From positions 9,989 to 73,988 of the forward strand of contig JBJMMD010000037.1 of NCBI GenBank assembly GCA_045804965.1: a DNA stretch of 64,000 nucleotides. Reading direction: 5' to 3'. Shown in pieces: positions 37,065 through 46,727 of the stretch. Origin of the DNA: Thermomicrobiales bacterium (GTDB lineage: Bacteria > Chloroflexota > Chloroflexia > Thermomicrobiales > UBA6265). The notes beneath the pieces are model-generated. The model made no database searches. It saw only the letters and a program-made list of their open reading frames with translations, and had not been told where the DNA came from. Both the position numbers and the translations under genes were made by a program. Position 1 is the first letter of the stretch; the number at the start of each line of letters is the position of its first letter.

Positions 37065-39352
37065 CTTCTACGGTTGCGGGATGGCAAGCGGCGAGGACCG
37101 ACCGTCAGCGTGCGCCGGCGAGTAGACGCAAAAACCGCGTATATCACACCGAGAATGAAGATTGCCACGATCGCGGCGATGATGAAAATGAGCTTTGTAT
37201 TGCTTTGATCTCCAGCGATCGGAACGCCGGCGACAAAGCGCGACAAGTGACCAATCGGGGCGGAAACCGAGGTGTCACCTAGTTCTGTTCCCGCAACCTG
37301 TTTCGCCTTGCCCTCGTCAATCCAATAGAGCGTCGTCTCGCGCCGCCATTTATCGGCCTTGAACGACAACTTCAAGGTTGCCGGTTTGGCGAACGTTTCG
37401 ATCGGCTGTCCGGCCGCATCTGCAATCGAAATATCGAAACCGGTCGCGGGCATGAAATCAACGCGATCGGAAACCGGCAACTTAGTATCCGCAACAGGCA
37501 CGATGGTGACGGTCGATTCACCTTCCAGGGCACCTGCCGGAATAATGATCGTCGCCCCTAACGGATGGCTGAGCTGCCCGCCTTCTGGCCCGATCACTTG
37601 CGCGACCATACCATCGGGGCCAGTCTCTGGCGCCTTCGTCAAGGTTGCTTGCGGCGTCGAGATTTGCCGCGGCGTGGGCGTCGCCTTCGAAGTTTTGGAC
37701 GCAGCTACAGTTGGGCTTCGTTTGGCACTGGCGGTTGCGTTTGGCGTTCCTTTTGGCGCGGGAACCGTCTTCAATGAGTCGGCTGCCAAGCCTTCGCCGA
37801 GATCGCCGGTGCCGTCGCCTTCGACCGCGATCTTGCCCTCGGTGGGCGTTTCGTCGACCCCTTGATCCTCGCCGGATTTGTCGGCCGGGCCCTCGGTTGG
37901 GATTCCCGTGATTGGTTGCTTGTCAACCGGTTCATCAGTTGGGGACTGCCCGTTACCATTGTCGGGTTCATCGCCTTGCTGGTCGCCGCCCGGCGGTTCG
38001 CTCGGCAGTCCCTCTCCGTTGTCACCTTGACTTGGAGTCGTCACGGCGGTTTCCGAGGCAATGACGTCAATTTCACATTCAGCATAGGTCACGCCGTCGG
38101 CGTCGTTGGCGTAGACAAAGACAGCGTCATCATTGGCGACGACTGGCGCTTGCAGGTTGAGTTCGACCGTGCTGCCGTCGGGAATCGTGCCAACGATCCG
38201 GCCCGAGTTGTTGGCATCCGGCGCGAAATCAGTATTCGGGAGTTCGGCCGGAAACGAGCCATTTGAGGCAGTAACGATCAGCGTTCCACCTCCGGTTAGC
38301 GCAATGGAGACGAGATCGCCGGAATTCACCGGCGAGGGACAATCGAGGGATGTTGCCGGTCGGGCGTGGCTGCCCACGACTGTGGCTTCCGCGGTTGCAA
38401 TCCAGTCGTGGGTGTCCGGATCGATGAGCAGAAACTGGACATAAACGTCTTCGACCGTGTTCGGCGCCTTCCATTCGTACGAGCCGTCTGAGACGCCCTC
38501 GTAGGTATCAGAACCAGTGGCGGTAAAGGTTCCGCTTGATGCCGTCAGCAGGGCGCCATCGGTATTGGTCACGTCGATGGATGCGACATCGCCTGCGGCG
38601 ATAGTGTCGGCGACGGACAAGCTTGGCCCGGCGGAGCCGACTTCTCCTGTTCCGCCGCTTGGAGTGGCTGCAGGGAGTGAACCGCTGGTATCGAGCAAGG
38701 CTAGAATGTTCGCCAGCGTTAGGGAGTCGGTATCTAAAAGATTCCGGCTTTCGACTGAATAAACAACGTTGCCGACTTGCCAGTACACGAGGTCATAGAC
38801 CGGCGTGAGATCGTGGTAGGCGTCATAGCCCTGTACGTTGGCGTTGACTTCCAATTGAACGTTGCGATCGTAGGCAGAATAGTCCGGAATCGTGCCTCCG
38901 GCTTCGCCGGTGATAAGGAGATACGTTGGCGGTGTGCCGGGGATGAGCCAATACAGGCTGTAATACCCGTCCCATGCCTCGACCGTCGGCTCGCTTTCGA
39001 AAGGTGCGGGCACAATCTCAGGGAGCATCACGTCGATGCCGACCGCGAGTCGCACCGTTATGCTCGGACTGAGCCAGTCCGGATCAATTTGGGCGGCGGC
39101 AGCTTTCTCGGGGACTTGGTTTGGAGCTGCCCCGGCGCGCGAGACGGGGACGAACAGCACGACAACTAGTGCGATAACGCTAAGAGCGCCGGCAAGGCGG
39201 GATTGGCCGCTCAACCTTGTGTTTTCTCCCGTTCGCGTATTGGCAGCCTCGGCAACGGCAGCCGAATACGGGCCGCGACTGAGAGCCGGTGCATGCATCG
39301 CCCGCGCATTGGTGGCGCTGATGATACTCAGTGGGAGCGTACCACCTCGCAT
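37061..39352 (-). CDS. Large lineage-specific cell-surface protein (N-terminal signal/anchor, two repeated beta-rich modules, acidic Pro/Thr/Gly linker, C-terminal TM anchor)
   Basis: 763-aa uninterrupted ORF. A hydrophobic segment spans aa 53-72, followed by RAGAAP. Internal repeats are GDVASIDVTNTDGALLTASSGTFTA and GDLVSIALTGGGTLIVTASNGSFPA. A low-complexity linker spans aa ~436-580. A C-terminal TM (LIFIIAAIVAIFILGVIYAVFA) is followed by an Arg-rich tail. I recognise no catalytic motif. Confidence 0.75.
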   Translation of the reverse strand: MRGGTLPLSIISATNARAMHAPALSRGPYSAAVAEAANTRTGENTRLSGQSRLAGALSVIALVVVLFVPVSRAGAAPNQVPEKAAAAQIDPDWLSPSITVRLAVGIDVMLPEIVPAPFESEPTVEAWDGYYSLYWLIPGTPPTYLLITGEAGGTIPDYSAYDRNVQLEVNANVQGYDAYHDLTPVYDLVYWQVGNVVYSVESRNLLDTDSLTLANILALLDTSGSLPAATPSGGTGEVGSAGPSLSVADTIAAGDVASIDVTNTDGALLTASSGTFTATGSDTYEGVSDGSYEWKAPNTVEDVYVQFLLIDPDTHDWIATAEATVVGSHARPATSLDCPSPVNSGDLVSIALTGGGTLIVTASNGSFPAELPNTDFAPDANNSGRIVGTIPDGSTVELNLQAPVVANDDAVFVYANDADGVTYAECEIDVIASETAVTTPSQGDNGEGLPSEPPGGDQQGDEPDNGNGQSPTDEPVDKQPITGIPTEGPADKSGEDQGVDETPTEGKIAVEGDGTGDLGEGLAADSLKTVPAPKGTPNATASAKRSPTVAASKTSKATPTPRQISTPQATLTKAPETGPDGMVAQVIGPEGGQLSHPLGATIIIPAGALEGESTVTIVPVADTKLPVSDRVDFMPATGFDISIADAAGQPIETFAKPATLKLSFKADKWRRETTLYWIDEGKAKQVAGTELGDTSVSAPIGHLSRFVAGVPIAGDQSNTKLIFIIAAIVAIFILGVIYAVFASTRRRTLTVGPRRLPSRNRRS

Positions 39353-39590
39353 CCGGACGTGGCGACATCACGCCATAGCACAGCTGACCGCTTCATGAGG
39401 GTTTGTTGCGATTGCACAGATGTTTGCTTGCGTGCCTTGACAAGCCTACGTATAGTTCGCAACCAATTCAGACGCAATCGTGAAAGTTTGACTGTCATTC
39501 CAAACACGGCGAGTGGCGGCGAAGAACGCGGATCTCGGTTTCCGGGGATGCGCCTACTTCCAGATGAGACAGGTGTTGGAGGAGAGTGGA

Positions 39591-41300
39591 ATGAACGATC
39601 TAGCCAAGAACTGGTTTGTTCGGAGCGCACTGCAGGGCCGAATGTCTCGTCGGCAAGTGCTTGAACGAGGGCTCGCGCTCGGACTTTCTTCCCAATTAAT
39701 CCTATCGCTTATGAAGCTCGCGCCCGAGGCGGGTGCAGCGCCGGCGTCGTCGGCTTCGCGGCTGCTGACCGCGCGGCAAGATGCGGGCGGCGGCACGTTT
39801 ACCACAATGATCGAGGCGGGAACCGGCGACGTCGATCCCCACTCGACCTACTCGACGGTCGGTTCAGAGGTTTGTCTAGGTTGTTACGAAATGCTGATCC
39901 GGTATAAAGGCGACAGCACCTCAGAATACGAACCGATGCTCGCGGAATCGTGGGAAGCTGCCCCGGACAACAAATCGTTCACGTTCAAGCTGCCGGCCGG
40001 AGCGAAATTTCACGACGGGACGGATTGCGACGCTACCGCAGTGAAGACGTCGTTCACCCGGTTTCTCGAATTGGATATGGGGCCCTCTCTCAACGTGATT
40101 CAGCCTTTCATCGATTCGGCCGATCAGATGGAGGCGGTCGATGCGACGACGTTGCGATTCAATATGAAAGATCCACAGCCGCTCTTCCTGGCGGCGATGG
40201 CGTCGTCCTACGGACCGTTTGTGGTTAGTCCGAAAGCGATCGAGGACAACAAGACCAAGGACGATCCATGGGCGCACGAGTGGTTCATCTCGAATGCGGT
40301 CGGTACTGGACCGTACAAGCTGACCGAAAACTCGATCAACGACAAGGTTGTCTTCGAAAAATTTGACGATTATCACGGGGGATGGTCGGGCAACCACTTT
40401 TCGGAGATCGTCTTACGCGTCGTGCCAGAGAACACGTCTCGCCGGCTACTGCTGGAGCGAGGTGAGGCTGACGCGACGACGAACAACCTCACGGTCGAAG
40501 ATGTCGAGGCGCTCAAGTCCAATCCAGGTTTGGTCGTGCTCGAGTATCCAACGACCCGCGTCAACTGGGCCATCATGAACGCCGTTAAGCTCTCGAAAGA
40601 GGCGCGGCAGGGTTTCAGTTATGCGTTTCCATACGACGACGTCATGAATAGCGTCTATAAGGGTCTATTAGTTCGTTCGGGTCCAATCCCATCGACGGTC
40701 AAGGGAGCGGACCCGGACGTCTTCATCTACCAAACCGATCTCGACAGGGCCAAACAGCTCATACTCTCCGCCGGGTTCAAAGAAGGCGACAGTTTCGAGT
40801 ACCTCTACTCCTCGGGCGACGCGCTCACAAAATCGGTCGCCGAGCTGTTCCAGGCTAATGTCGCGAAGATGGGATTCGACCTGAAGCTCTCAGAGGTCGC
40901 GCTTGCCGACGAGGAAGACCTTGTTTACGGCGATTCTCCGGCTGAAGAACGGCCTGAGTTCGTCGGCGACTGGGCCTGGTGGCCGGATTTCAACGATCCG
41001 CGGAACCAGCTCGCGCCAAATTTCACCAAGGAACAGATCGGCAATGGCGGAAGCAACGGCGGTTACTGGGAAAACGACCGGTTCGAAGAGATCATGGCGG
41101 AGGCGAAGCACTACAAGGACGAAGCTCAGCTCGAAACCCTCATGAAAGAAGCCCAGAACATCCTTACCGAGAAAGACCCTCCGGCGATCTACTACGGCGA
41201 GGTCAAGTACTACACGATCCTCAGGAACGATATTCAGGGGTTCGTGGCGAACCCGCTCTATCTCGACGCCTACAACTTCTACCAAATGTCGCGAAGTTAG
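39591..41300 (+). CDS. ABC transporter substrate-binding protein, family 5 (peptide/nickel, DppA/OppA-like) with a Tat-type signal
   Basis: Twin-arginine leader MSRRQVLERGLALGLSS, then the SBP_bac_5 layout (about 570 aa). Start at the ATG at 39591 behind GGAGGAGAG; the ATG at 39642 is an alternative. Confidence 0.9.
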   Translation: MNDLAKNWFVRSALQGRMSRRQVLERGLALGLSSQLILSLMKLAPEAGAAPASSASRLLTARQDAGGGTFTTMIEAGTGDVDPHSTYSTVGSEVCLGCYEMLIRYKGDSTSEYEPMLAESWEAAPDNKSFTFKLPAGAKFHDGTDCDATAVKTSFTRFLELDMGPSLNVIQPFIDSADQMEAVDATTLRFNMKDPQPLFLAAMASSYGPFVVSPKAIEDNKTKDDPWAHEWFISNAVGTGPYKLTENSINDKVVFEKFDDYHGGWSGNHFSEIVLRVVPENTSRRLLLERGEADATTNNLTVEDVEALKSNPGLVVLEYPTTRVNWAIMNAVKLSKEARQGFSYAFPYDDVMNSVYKGLLVRSGPIPSTVKGADPDVFIYQTDLDRAKQLILSAGFKEGDSFEYLYSSGDALTKSVAELFQANVAKMGFDLKLSEVALADEEDLVYGDSPAEERPEFVGDWAWWPDFNDPRNQLAPNFTKEQIGNGGSNGGYWENDRFEEIMAEAKHYKDEAQLETLMKEAQNILTEKDPPAIYYGEVKYYTILRNDIQGFVANPLYLDAYNFYQMSRS

Positions 41301-41350
41301 CGGGGCGTAACTGGCGGCGGTTGGTCAACCAGGAGTCATAAGGCACTCAA

Positions 41351-42358
41351 ATGATCACTAGGCTGATCATCCGCCGCATGTTTTTCCTCGTTTTCGTACT
41401 GTTCGGGCTGTCTCTGATTACGTTCGCGCTGTCCCACCTCGTGCCGGCGGACCCGGCGCGGATGATCGCCGGGCCACGTGCCAGCAGAAGCAGCGTGGAG
41501 AAGGTACGCGAGGAATACGGCCTGAACGACCCAGTTTGGAGGCAGTACGTCGACTACGTCGATGGAGTTTTCCATCTTGATTTCGGACAGTCGTTCACCT
41601 CGCGCAAACCGGTCAAGGACGATCTGAAACGATATTTACCGGCGACAATCGAGCTTGGGCTTTACGCCTTTATCCTCTCGACCATTGTCGGGATTCCCCT
41701 TGGCGTCGCTTCAGCCGTGCGCCGGGATTCGCTTGTTGATCACATTTCGCGGTTCGTGTCGATTACCGGTCTCGCCTTGCCAATTTTTTGGCTCGCGCTG
41801 ATGTTGCAATTTTTCTTTTACGGAAAGCTCGGTTGGTTTCCAGACGGGCAACGGCTGCCGACGAATATGGACCCACCGAGACAGATCACCAGTCTCTATG
41901 TCGTCGATTCCATCTTGACCGCCAACTGGACGACCCTCTGGGCGTCAATCCAGCACTTAGTTCTGCCGGTGTTTGTCCTAACTTATAGCTCGCTCGCGGT
42001 CGTCACTCGCATGGTCCGGGGCAGCATGATCGAAGTCTTGAATCAGGACTACATCCGTACTGCCCGATCGAAGGGTTTGCGCCAGAACACGATCGTCGTC
42101 AAGCACGCGTTAAAGAACGCCCTCTTGCCGACAGTGACGTCGCTCGGTTTGCAAGTAGGACTGCTGTTCTCGGGGACCTTTTTGGTTGAAACGGTCTTTT
42201 CCTGGCCGGGAATCGGACGGTACACCATCCAGGCGGTGCAGCAGATTGACTACAACGCGATCATGGCGACCACGTTGGTGGTCGCCGTCATTTTCGTCCT
42301 CGGCAATCTCGTGGTCGATATCTTGTATCTCTTCCTTGACCCGAGGATTTCCTACTGA
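41351..42358 (+). CDS. ABC transporter permease (DppB/OppB-like)
   Basis: 335 aa, 6 TM. It has the N-terminal MITRLIIRR pattern and an EAA-loop region (DYIRTARSKGL). Confidence 0.92.
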   Translation: MITRLIIRRMFFLVFVLFGLSLITFALSHLVPADPARMIAGPRASRSSVEKVREEYGLNDPVWRQYVDYVDGVFHLDFGQSFTSRKPVKDDLKRYLPATIELGLYAFILSTIVGIPLGVASAVRRDSLVDHISRFVSITGLALPIFWLALMLQFFFYGKLGWFPDGQRLPTNMDPPRQITSLYVVDSILTANWTTLWASIQHLVLPVFVLTYSSLAVVTRMVRGSMIEVLNQDYIRTARSKGLRQNTIVVKHALKNALLPTVTSLGLQVGLLFSGTFLVETVFSWPGIGRYTIQAVQQIDYNAIMATTLVVAVIFVLGNLVVDILYLFLDPRISY

Positions 42359-43293
42359 TGAGCGTCAAACCGACAAACTTCATGGCGACGCTCGAAGCGG
42401 GCGAGCGTGCGCTCACTCTGGCGCAGGCGCCCGAGCGAAAGCGCACGCATCAATTTCGCCGCAATCTGCACCGGTTTCTGGTCAAGAATCGCCTCAACCT
42501 CATCGGCGTCATCATCGTCATGGCGTTCTTGTTTTTGTCCTTACTGGGAACGACGCTGGCGCCATACAACCCGAACGCGCAGGACATCGCGAATTCCAAA
42601 CTGCTCGGCCCGTCGTGGAGTCACCCGTTTGGCACTGACGAGCTCGGCCGCGACTTGTTGAGTCGAATCATGGCGGGGACGCGGATCTCGCTTCGGGTCG
42701 CTGTGGTCGTCCTAGGGTTCGCGGTGACCTTCGGCACGCTCGTTGGCGCAGTCTCAGGATTCTTTGGCGGGTTCACCGACGAGGCACTCATGCGCTTCAC
42801 CGACCTGTTCCTCGCCTTCCCCGCGTTCGTGCTGGCGATCGCGATCGCCGCGAGCCTGGGCAAGAGTCTGACCAATACCATGATCGCCTTATCGACGGTC
42901 TTCTGGCCGTGGTATGCCCGTTTGGTGCGCGGTCAGGTATTAGCGATCAAGGAACGGGAGTATGTCGACGCCGCCCGCAGCATTGGCTTGAGTTCGACCC
43001 GCCTGCTCTTCAAGCACATCCTACCGAACGCGATATCGGTCGTCATCATTCAGGTCACGCTGGATGTCGGCTACGCCGTGCTGGCGACCAGCTCGTTGAG
43101 CTTCATCGGACTCGGGGCGCAACCGCCCTTGCCAGAGTGGGGCACGATGATGTCAACGGCACGGAATTTTTTCCGCGACGCCTGGTGGTACATGACCTTC
43201 CCCGGCATTGCGCTGACGCTCACCGTGTTCGCCTTCAATGTGCTTGGGGATGGACTGCAGGATGCACTTGACCCTCGGTCAAGCCGCCGGTAA
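42358..43293 (+). CDS. ABC transporter permease (DppC/OppC-like)
   Basis: 311 aa. It has the N-terminal OppC-type extension, the sequence HPFGTDELGRDLLSR and the EAA loop EYVDAARSIGLS. The ATG overlaps the upstream TGA by 1 nt. Confidence 0.92.
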   Translation: MSVKPTNFMATLEAGERALTLAQAPERKRTHQFRRNLHRFLVKNRLNLIGVIIVMAFLFLSLLGTTLAPYNPNAQDIANSKLLGPSWSHPFGTDELGRDLLSRIMAGTRISLRVAVVVLGFAVTFGTLVGAVSGFFGGFTDEALMRFTDLFLAFPAFVLAIAIAASLGKSLTNTMIALSTVFWPWYARLVRGQVLAIKEREYVDAARSIGLSSTRLLFKHILPNAISVVIIQVTLDVGYAVLATSSLSFIGLGAQPPLPEWGTMMSTARNFFRDAWWYMTFPGIALTLTVFAFNVLGDGLQDALDPRSSRR

Positions 43294-43321
43294 AGGCTGA
43301 ATCCACGCTTGGTTCGTCGTT

Positions 43322-43342
43322 GGGGCGCAAGCCTTGCGCCCC
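43322..43342. terminator. GC-rich hairpin between convergent permease and hxlR-like genes
   Basis: GGGGCGCAA / TTGCGCCCC forms a 9-bp stem with a 3-nt loop (43322..43342). There is no clear U-tract. Confidence 0.5.
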
Positions 43343-43393
43343 TACATTCACCTCGTCCTGCGGGCTATGACAATCAGGTTTGGGTGTCGTTGC

Positions 43394-43786
43394 CTACGAA
43401 TTTTCGTCGAGCTCGTGTGAGTCAGGGGCGCAGTCCTCAGGGGGAAGCCAGAGGTTACCGAAGCTGCGCATGCTCTCGATGACTGGGAGCAGCGCGAAGC
43501 CCTTCTCGGTGAGCGAGTATTCGACCCGCGGTGGCACTTCGGCGAAGCAATGACGATGAATAACGGCCGATTCCTCAAGCCGCTTGAGCCGCTCTGAGAG
43601 CGTTTTCGGGCTAATGCCGACGAGCGACCGTTCGAGCTCGCTGAAACGACGCTGGCCGTCCGCCAAGTCTCGAACGATAAGTGGCGTCCATTTGTTGCCA
43701 ATAATTTGCGCCGTGCGCGCGACTGGACAACCGAGCGTCGCGGTCGTTTCGAATGCAGGTGGATCAGACAGTATTGGGGTGCCCAT
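43394..43786 (-). CDS. HxlR-family winged-helix transcriptional regulator
   Basis: CPVARTAQIIGNKWTPLIVRDLADGQRRFSELERSL is the HxlR signature. 130 aa. Confidence 0.9.
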   Translation of the reverse strand: MGTPILSDPPAFETTATLGCPVARTAQIIGNKWTPLIVRDLADGQRRFSELERSLVGISPKTLSERLKRLEESAVIHRHCFAEVPPRVEYSLTEKGFALLPVIESMRSFGNLWLPPEDCAPDSHELDENS

Positions 43787-44047
43787 GGCAATGCCTTAAC
43801 TCATGTGAGCCATGATGTGCTGAGCCAGCTAACGGTACTGTCAAAAGGATAGCACTGGCAAAGGGTTGTTTAAAGGATGGACCTGTTCTCGGAATTCTCG
43901 GCGAAGGCGGCAGAGGCCGTGTATGAATACATTGAACGAATGTTTTCGCCGCGCGTGGACGTGAAGCATCTCTTCAGACAATAATCTCGCCGCCAGATTC
44001 TTTGCCTGGGCACATCGTGTGCGTGCGAAGGACGGCATCAGCGGTAC

Positions 44048-44869
44048 GTGTGGAGTGCTTACGTGACGATCTCGCAGGATCTCATTCAAGGTTGGTTTGA
44101 TGTCGAGGAAGTTGAGCCTGGAATCTTTCGTATTGACGAGCCCCTGCATTTCGAATGGGTGAAATCCTATCTCATTGTCGGCCGCGAGCGCGCGGCGCTC
44201 ATCGACACGGGCACTGGTGTCGGCGACATTCGCGCCGTCGTCGAAGATTGTACGTCGTTGCCGGTCAGGCTCATCAACAGCCACGGCCACTGGGATCACA
44301 TCGGCGGCAACATCAGGTTCGATGACATTGCGATACACGACTCCGAGGCGCGGAAACTTGAACAAGGCGTATCGCGTGAACGAATGCGTGGGAACTTTGC
44401 TCCCAGGTTCCTGACTGGTCCGCTACCTGACGGCGTCGATCCTGACGACTTGGCAATCCCTCCTTCGACGGCGACGACGCTTTTGCACGGCGGCGAGACA
44501 ATCGATCTCGGCGGAGTGACGCTCAGAGTGATCCATGTCCCCGGCCATTCCCCGGGAAGCATTGTCTTCTTCGACCGCGCGCGAGGAATCCTATTCTCGA
44601 CCGATGTGGCGTATGCGGCGCCGCTCTACTGCTATTCCGCTGAGTCAAACTTCGAGGATTACCGGAAATCGATGCGTCTCCTAGCCACGCTTGCGCCCGA
44701 CGTGCGGGCTGTCTACGGCTCTCATAACGAAACGCCGTTCGGGCCGGAATTGTTGATTTCGATAGCCAAGGCGTTTGAAGACGTGGCGGCGGGTGAAGTC
44801 GAACCAGTTGTTGAAGAGCGCTACCGAAGGTACGAGTTTGATGGATTCTCCCTCCTACTATCGCTCTAA
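44048..44869 (+). CDS. MBL-fold metallo-hydrolase
   Basis: The metal-binding motif is NSHGHWDHIGG, with the downstream residues VIHVPGHSPGS. It is divergent from the HxlR regulator. GTG start, uncertain. Confidence 0.85.
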   Translation: MWSAYVTISQDLIQGWFDVEEVEPGIFRIDEPLHFEWVKSYLIVGRERAALIDTGTGVGDIRAVVEDCTSLPVRLINSHGHWDHIGGNIRFDDIAIHDSEARKLEQGVSRERMRGNFAPRFLTGPLPDGVDPDDLAIPPSTATTLLHGGETIDLGGVTLRVIHVPGHSPGSIVFFDRARGILFSTDVAYAAPLYCYSAESNFEDYRKSMRLLATLAPDVRAVYGSHNETPFGPELLISIAKAFEDVAAGEVEPVVEERYRRYEFDGFSLLLSL

Positions 44870-45230
44870 AGGCGGCATTTTGTTCGGCCGTTGGATCGCC
44901 TATGTGATCGGCAGTCTGGTCGCCATCCTTGCTTTGGGGACCATTCTTGGCGATGAATATGTCTCATACACGAGCGAGGGCTCGGTGATCGCGTTCGCAC
45001 TCGTCTTGGGATCGTTGCTCACCGTCGTGAAGCCGGTGGCAGAATTGGTGAGTCTGCCGCTGACATGCCTCACCTTCGGTTTGTTTGCGGTCGTGATCAA
45101 CGCGGCCCTCTTTGGCATCGCGGCCGCGCTCATTCCCGGTGTCGACTTGTCTGTGCTCGGAGCAGTCGTCGGTTCGATACTGGCAAGTATTGCGAGCGGC
45201 GTGATCTTCTCCGTTGTCGACGAAAAATAG
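44841..45230 (+). CDS. Phage-holin-family-4-like (YvlD/PF04020-type) small membrane protein
   Basis: Four hydrophobic helices with a Gly/Ala/Val-rich pattern (FGLFAVVINAALFGIAAALIPGV) resemble this family. The start is uncertain (ATG at 44841 overlapping the MBL gene, or TTG at 44880). Confidence 0.6.
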   Translation: MDSPSYYRSKGGILFGRWIAYVIGSLVAILALGTILGDEYVSYTSEGSVIAFALVLGSLLTVVKPVAELVSLPLTCLTFGLFAVVINAALFGIAAALIPGVDLSVLGAVVGSILASIASGVIFSVVDEK

Positions 45231-45251
45231 CCGAGAACTGCGAGGGTCATT

Positions 45252-46157
45252 GTGACTTCAACAACGATTCCACGTGGCGTGTTCGCTCCGGTGGCGACGA
45301 CATTTGCTGAGAACGGCGAGCTCGATTTGGACGCGTTTCGTTCCAATATGGAGTTCTACGCGAGATCGCCGCTCGACGGCGTCGTCTTCTTGGGTTCGAA
45401 CGGCGAGTTCGCGCTCCTAGATCGGAGCGAAAAACTCCGCCTGATCGAAGCGGGACTGAGCGCCAACAACGGCAGGAAGGTCGTTCTCGCGGGCACTGGC
45501 GTGGAATCGACGCGAGGCACAATCGAATTGACAAGGGAAGCGGCCGCCCTCGGACTTGACTACGCACTGATTGTGACGCCGTATTATTACAAGCCCGCGT
45601 ACGACCAGAAGGCCGTGCTCGCGCACTATCGAGCAGTGGCCGATGCATCTCCAGTCCCGATTTTGATCTACATCATGACCGCGTATACCGGGGTCGACTT
45701 GCCGAGCGCGGTCATCGCCGAGCTTTCTCGGCACCCGAATATCGCGGGCGTTAAGGATTCGGGCGGAAACGCGCCAAAAGTGGCGGAAATGATCGCGCAG
45801 GCGGCGCCGGATTTCGCGGTGCTAGCCGGTTCGGCGAGTTTTCTGTACCCAGCGCTTTGCCTCGGCGCCACCGGCGGCATTGTCGCCCTCGGGAATGTTG
45901 CTCCCGAGTTGTGCAAAGAGATCTCCTGTAAGTTCGAGGCGGGCGATCACGAAACGGCAAGGCAATCACAGATGCGCGCTCTTGCACCGAACGCGGCCGT
46001 GACCTCTCGATTTGGTATTCCAGGTTTGAAGGTTGCGCTTGATTACGTCGGGCTGAAGGGGGGCAGGCCGCGGCCACCGCTGCAACCGCTCGGCGCAGAG
46101 GACGCGCGAAAAGTAAAATCGATCCTCGACGAGGCGGGCATTGGCCGCGTCGGATGA
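45252..46157 (+). CDS. Dihydrodipicolinate synthase / N-acetylneuraminate lyase family (DapA-like) class I aldolase
   Basis: Shows GVFAPVATTF, GSNGEFALL and the Schiff-base Lys region IAGVKDSGG. 301 aa. GTG start. Confidence 0.88.
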   Translation: MTSTTIPRGVFAPVATTFAENGELDLDAFRSNMEFYARSPLDGVVFLGSNGEFALLDRSEKLRLIEAGLSANNGRKVVLAGTGVESTRGTIELTREAAALGLDYALIVTPYYYKPAYDQKAVLAHYRAVADASPVPILIYIMTAYTGVDLPSAVIAELSRHPNIAGVKDSGGNAPKVAEMIAQAAPDFAVLAGSASFLYPALCLGATGGIVALGNVAPELCKEISCKFEAGDHETARQSQMRALAPNAAVTSRFGIPGLKVALDYVGLKGGRPRPPLQPLGAEDARKVKSILDEAGIGRVG

Positions 46158-46719
46158 ACGGTTCGCTGTCACCGAACAACGCGCCTATCCCACGCCACTA
46201 ACGATCGGCGTTATCGCCGACACGCATGTCTATTCGCACGGAGCCCGGCGGTTACCCGACGAGATCTTCGACCTATTTCGGCGATTCTCGATTGGGCTGA
46301 TGCTTCACGCCGGCGATGTCAACATCGCCCGCGTCATCGATCAGCTGAGAGCCCTCGCCCCAGTCATCGCGGTCAAAGGCAACAACGATGACCAGGTGCT
46401 TGCACAAGCCCTGCCACTGTCGGTGAGATTCGACGTCGGTAAGCACCGGTTCGTCCTCCTTCATGGTCATCTCGGACAAACCGCGCGATCAGAGGCCGCA
46501 AAGTTGGCAGGGAGTGCCGACTGCGTCGTGTACGGGCACAGTCATATCCCCAAAATCGAGCAGGTCGGCGGCACAATCCTCTTCAATCCTGGCTCCGCGA
46601 CCGACCGGAGATGGCAGGAGCATTTTGGCGTTGGATTGATCCACGTTTCCGAGGAAGCGATCAAGCCAGAACTGGTGCTCTATACCGATCCGCGTCACTT
46701 GGAGAACGTAAAACCCTAG
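46141..46719 (+). CDS. YfcE/MJ0936-family metallophosphoesterase
   Basis: Motifs are IGVIADTHV, HAGD, GNND, LLHGH and YGHSH, in the order typical of this family. The TTG start overlaps the upstream gene by 17 nt. Confidence 0.85.
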   Translation: MAASDERFAVTEQRAYPTPLTIGVIADTHVYSHGARRLPDEIFDLFRRFSIGLMLHAGDVNIARVIDQLRALAPVIAVKGNNDDQVLAQALPLSVRFDVGKHRFVLLHGHLGQTARSEAAKLAGSADCVVYGHSHIPKIEQVGGTILFNPGSATDRRWQEHFGVGLIHVSEEAIKPELVLYTDPRHLENVKP

Positions 46720-46727
46720 GCGGAAGG

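Noticed and set aside
43841-44365. 174-aa minus-strand ORF across the hxlR-MBL intergenic region and the MBL 5' end
   Set aside because: It overlaps the MBL-fold gene in antisense, has no recognisable motif, and would leave the HxlR regulator without its usual divergent target.
44841-45230. Holin-family protein as evidence of a prophage
   Set aside because: No endolysin, capsid, terminase, integrase or attachment-site-like repeat is nearby. This family (YvlD-like) is widespread as a chromosomal membrane protein.
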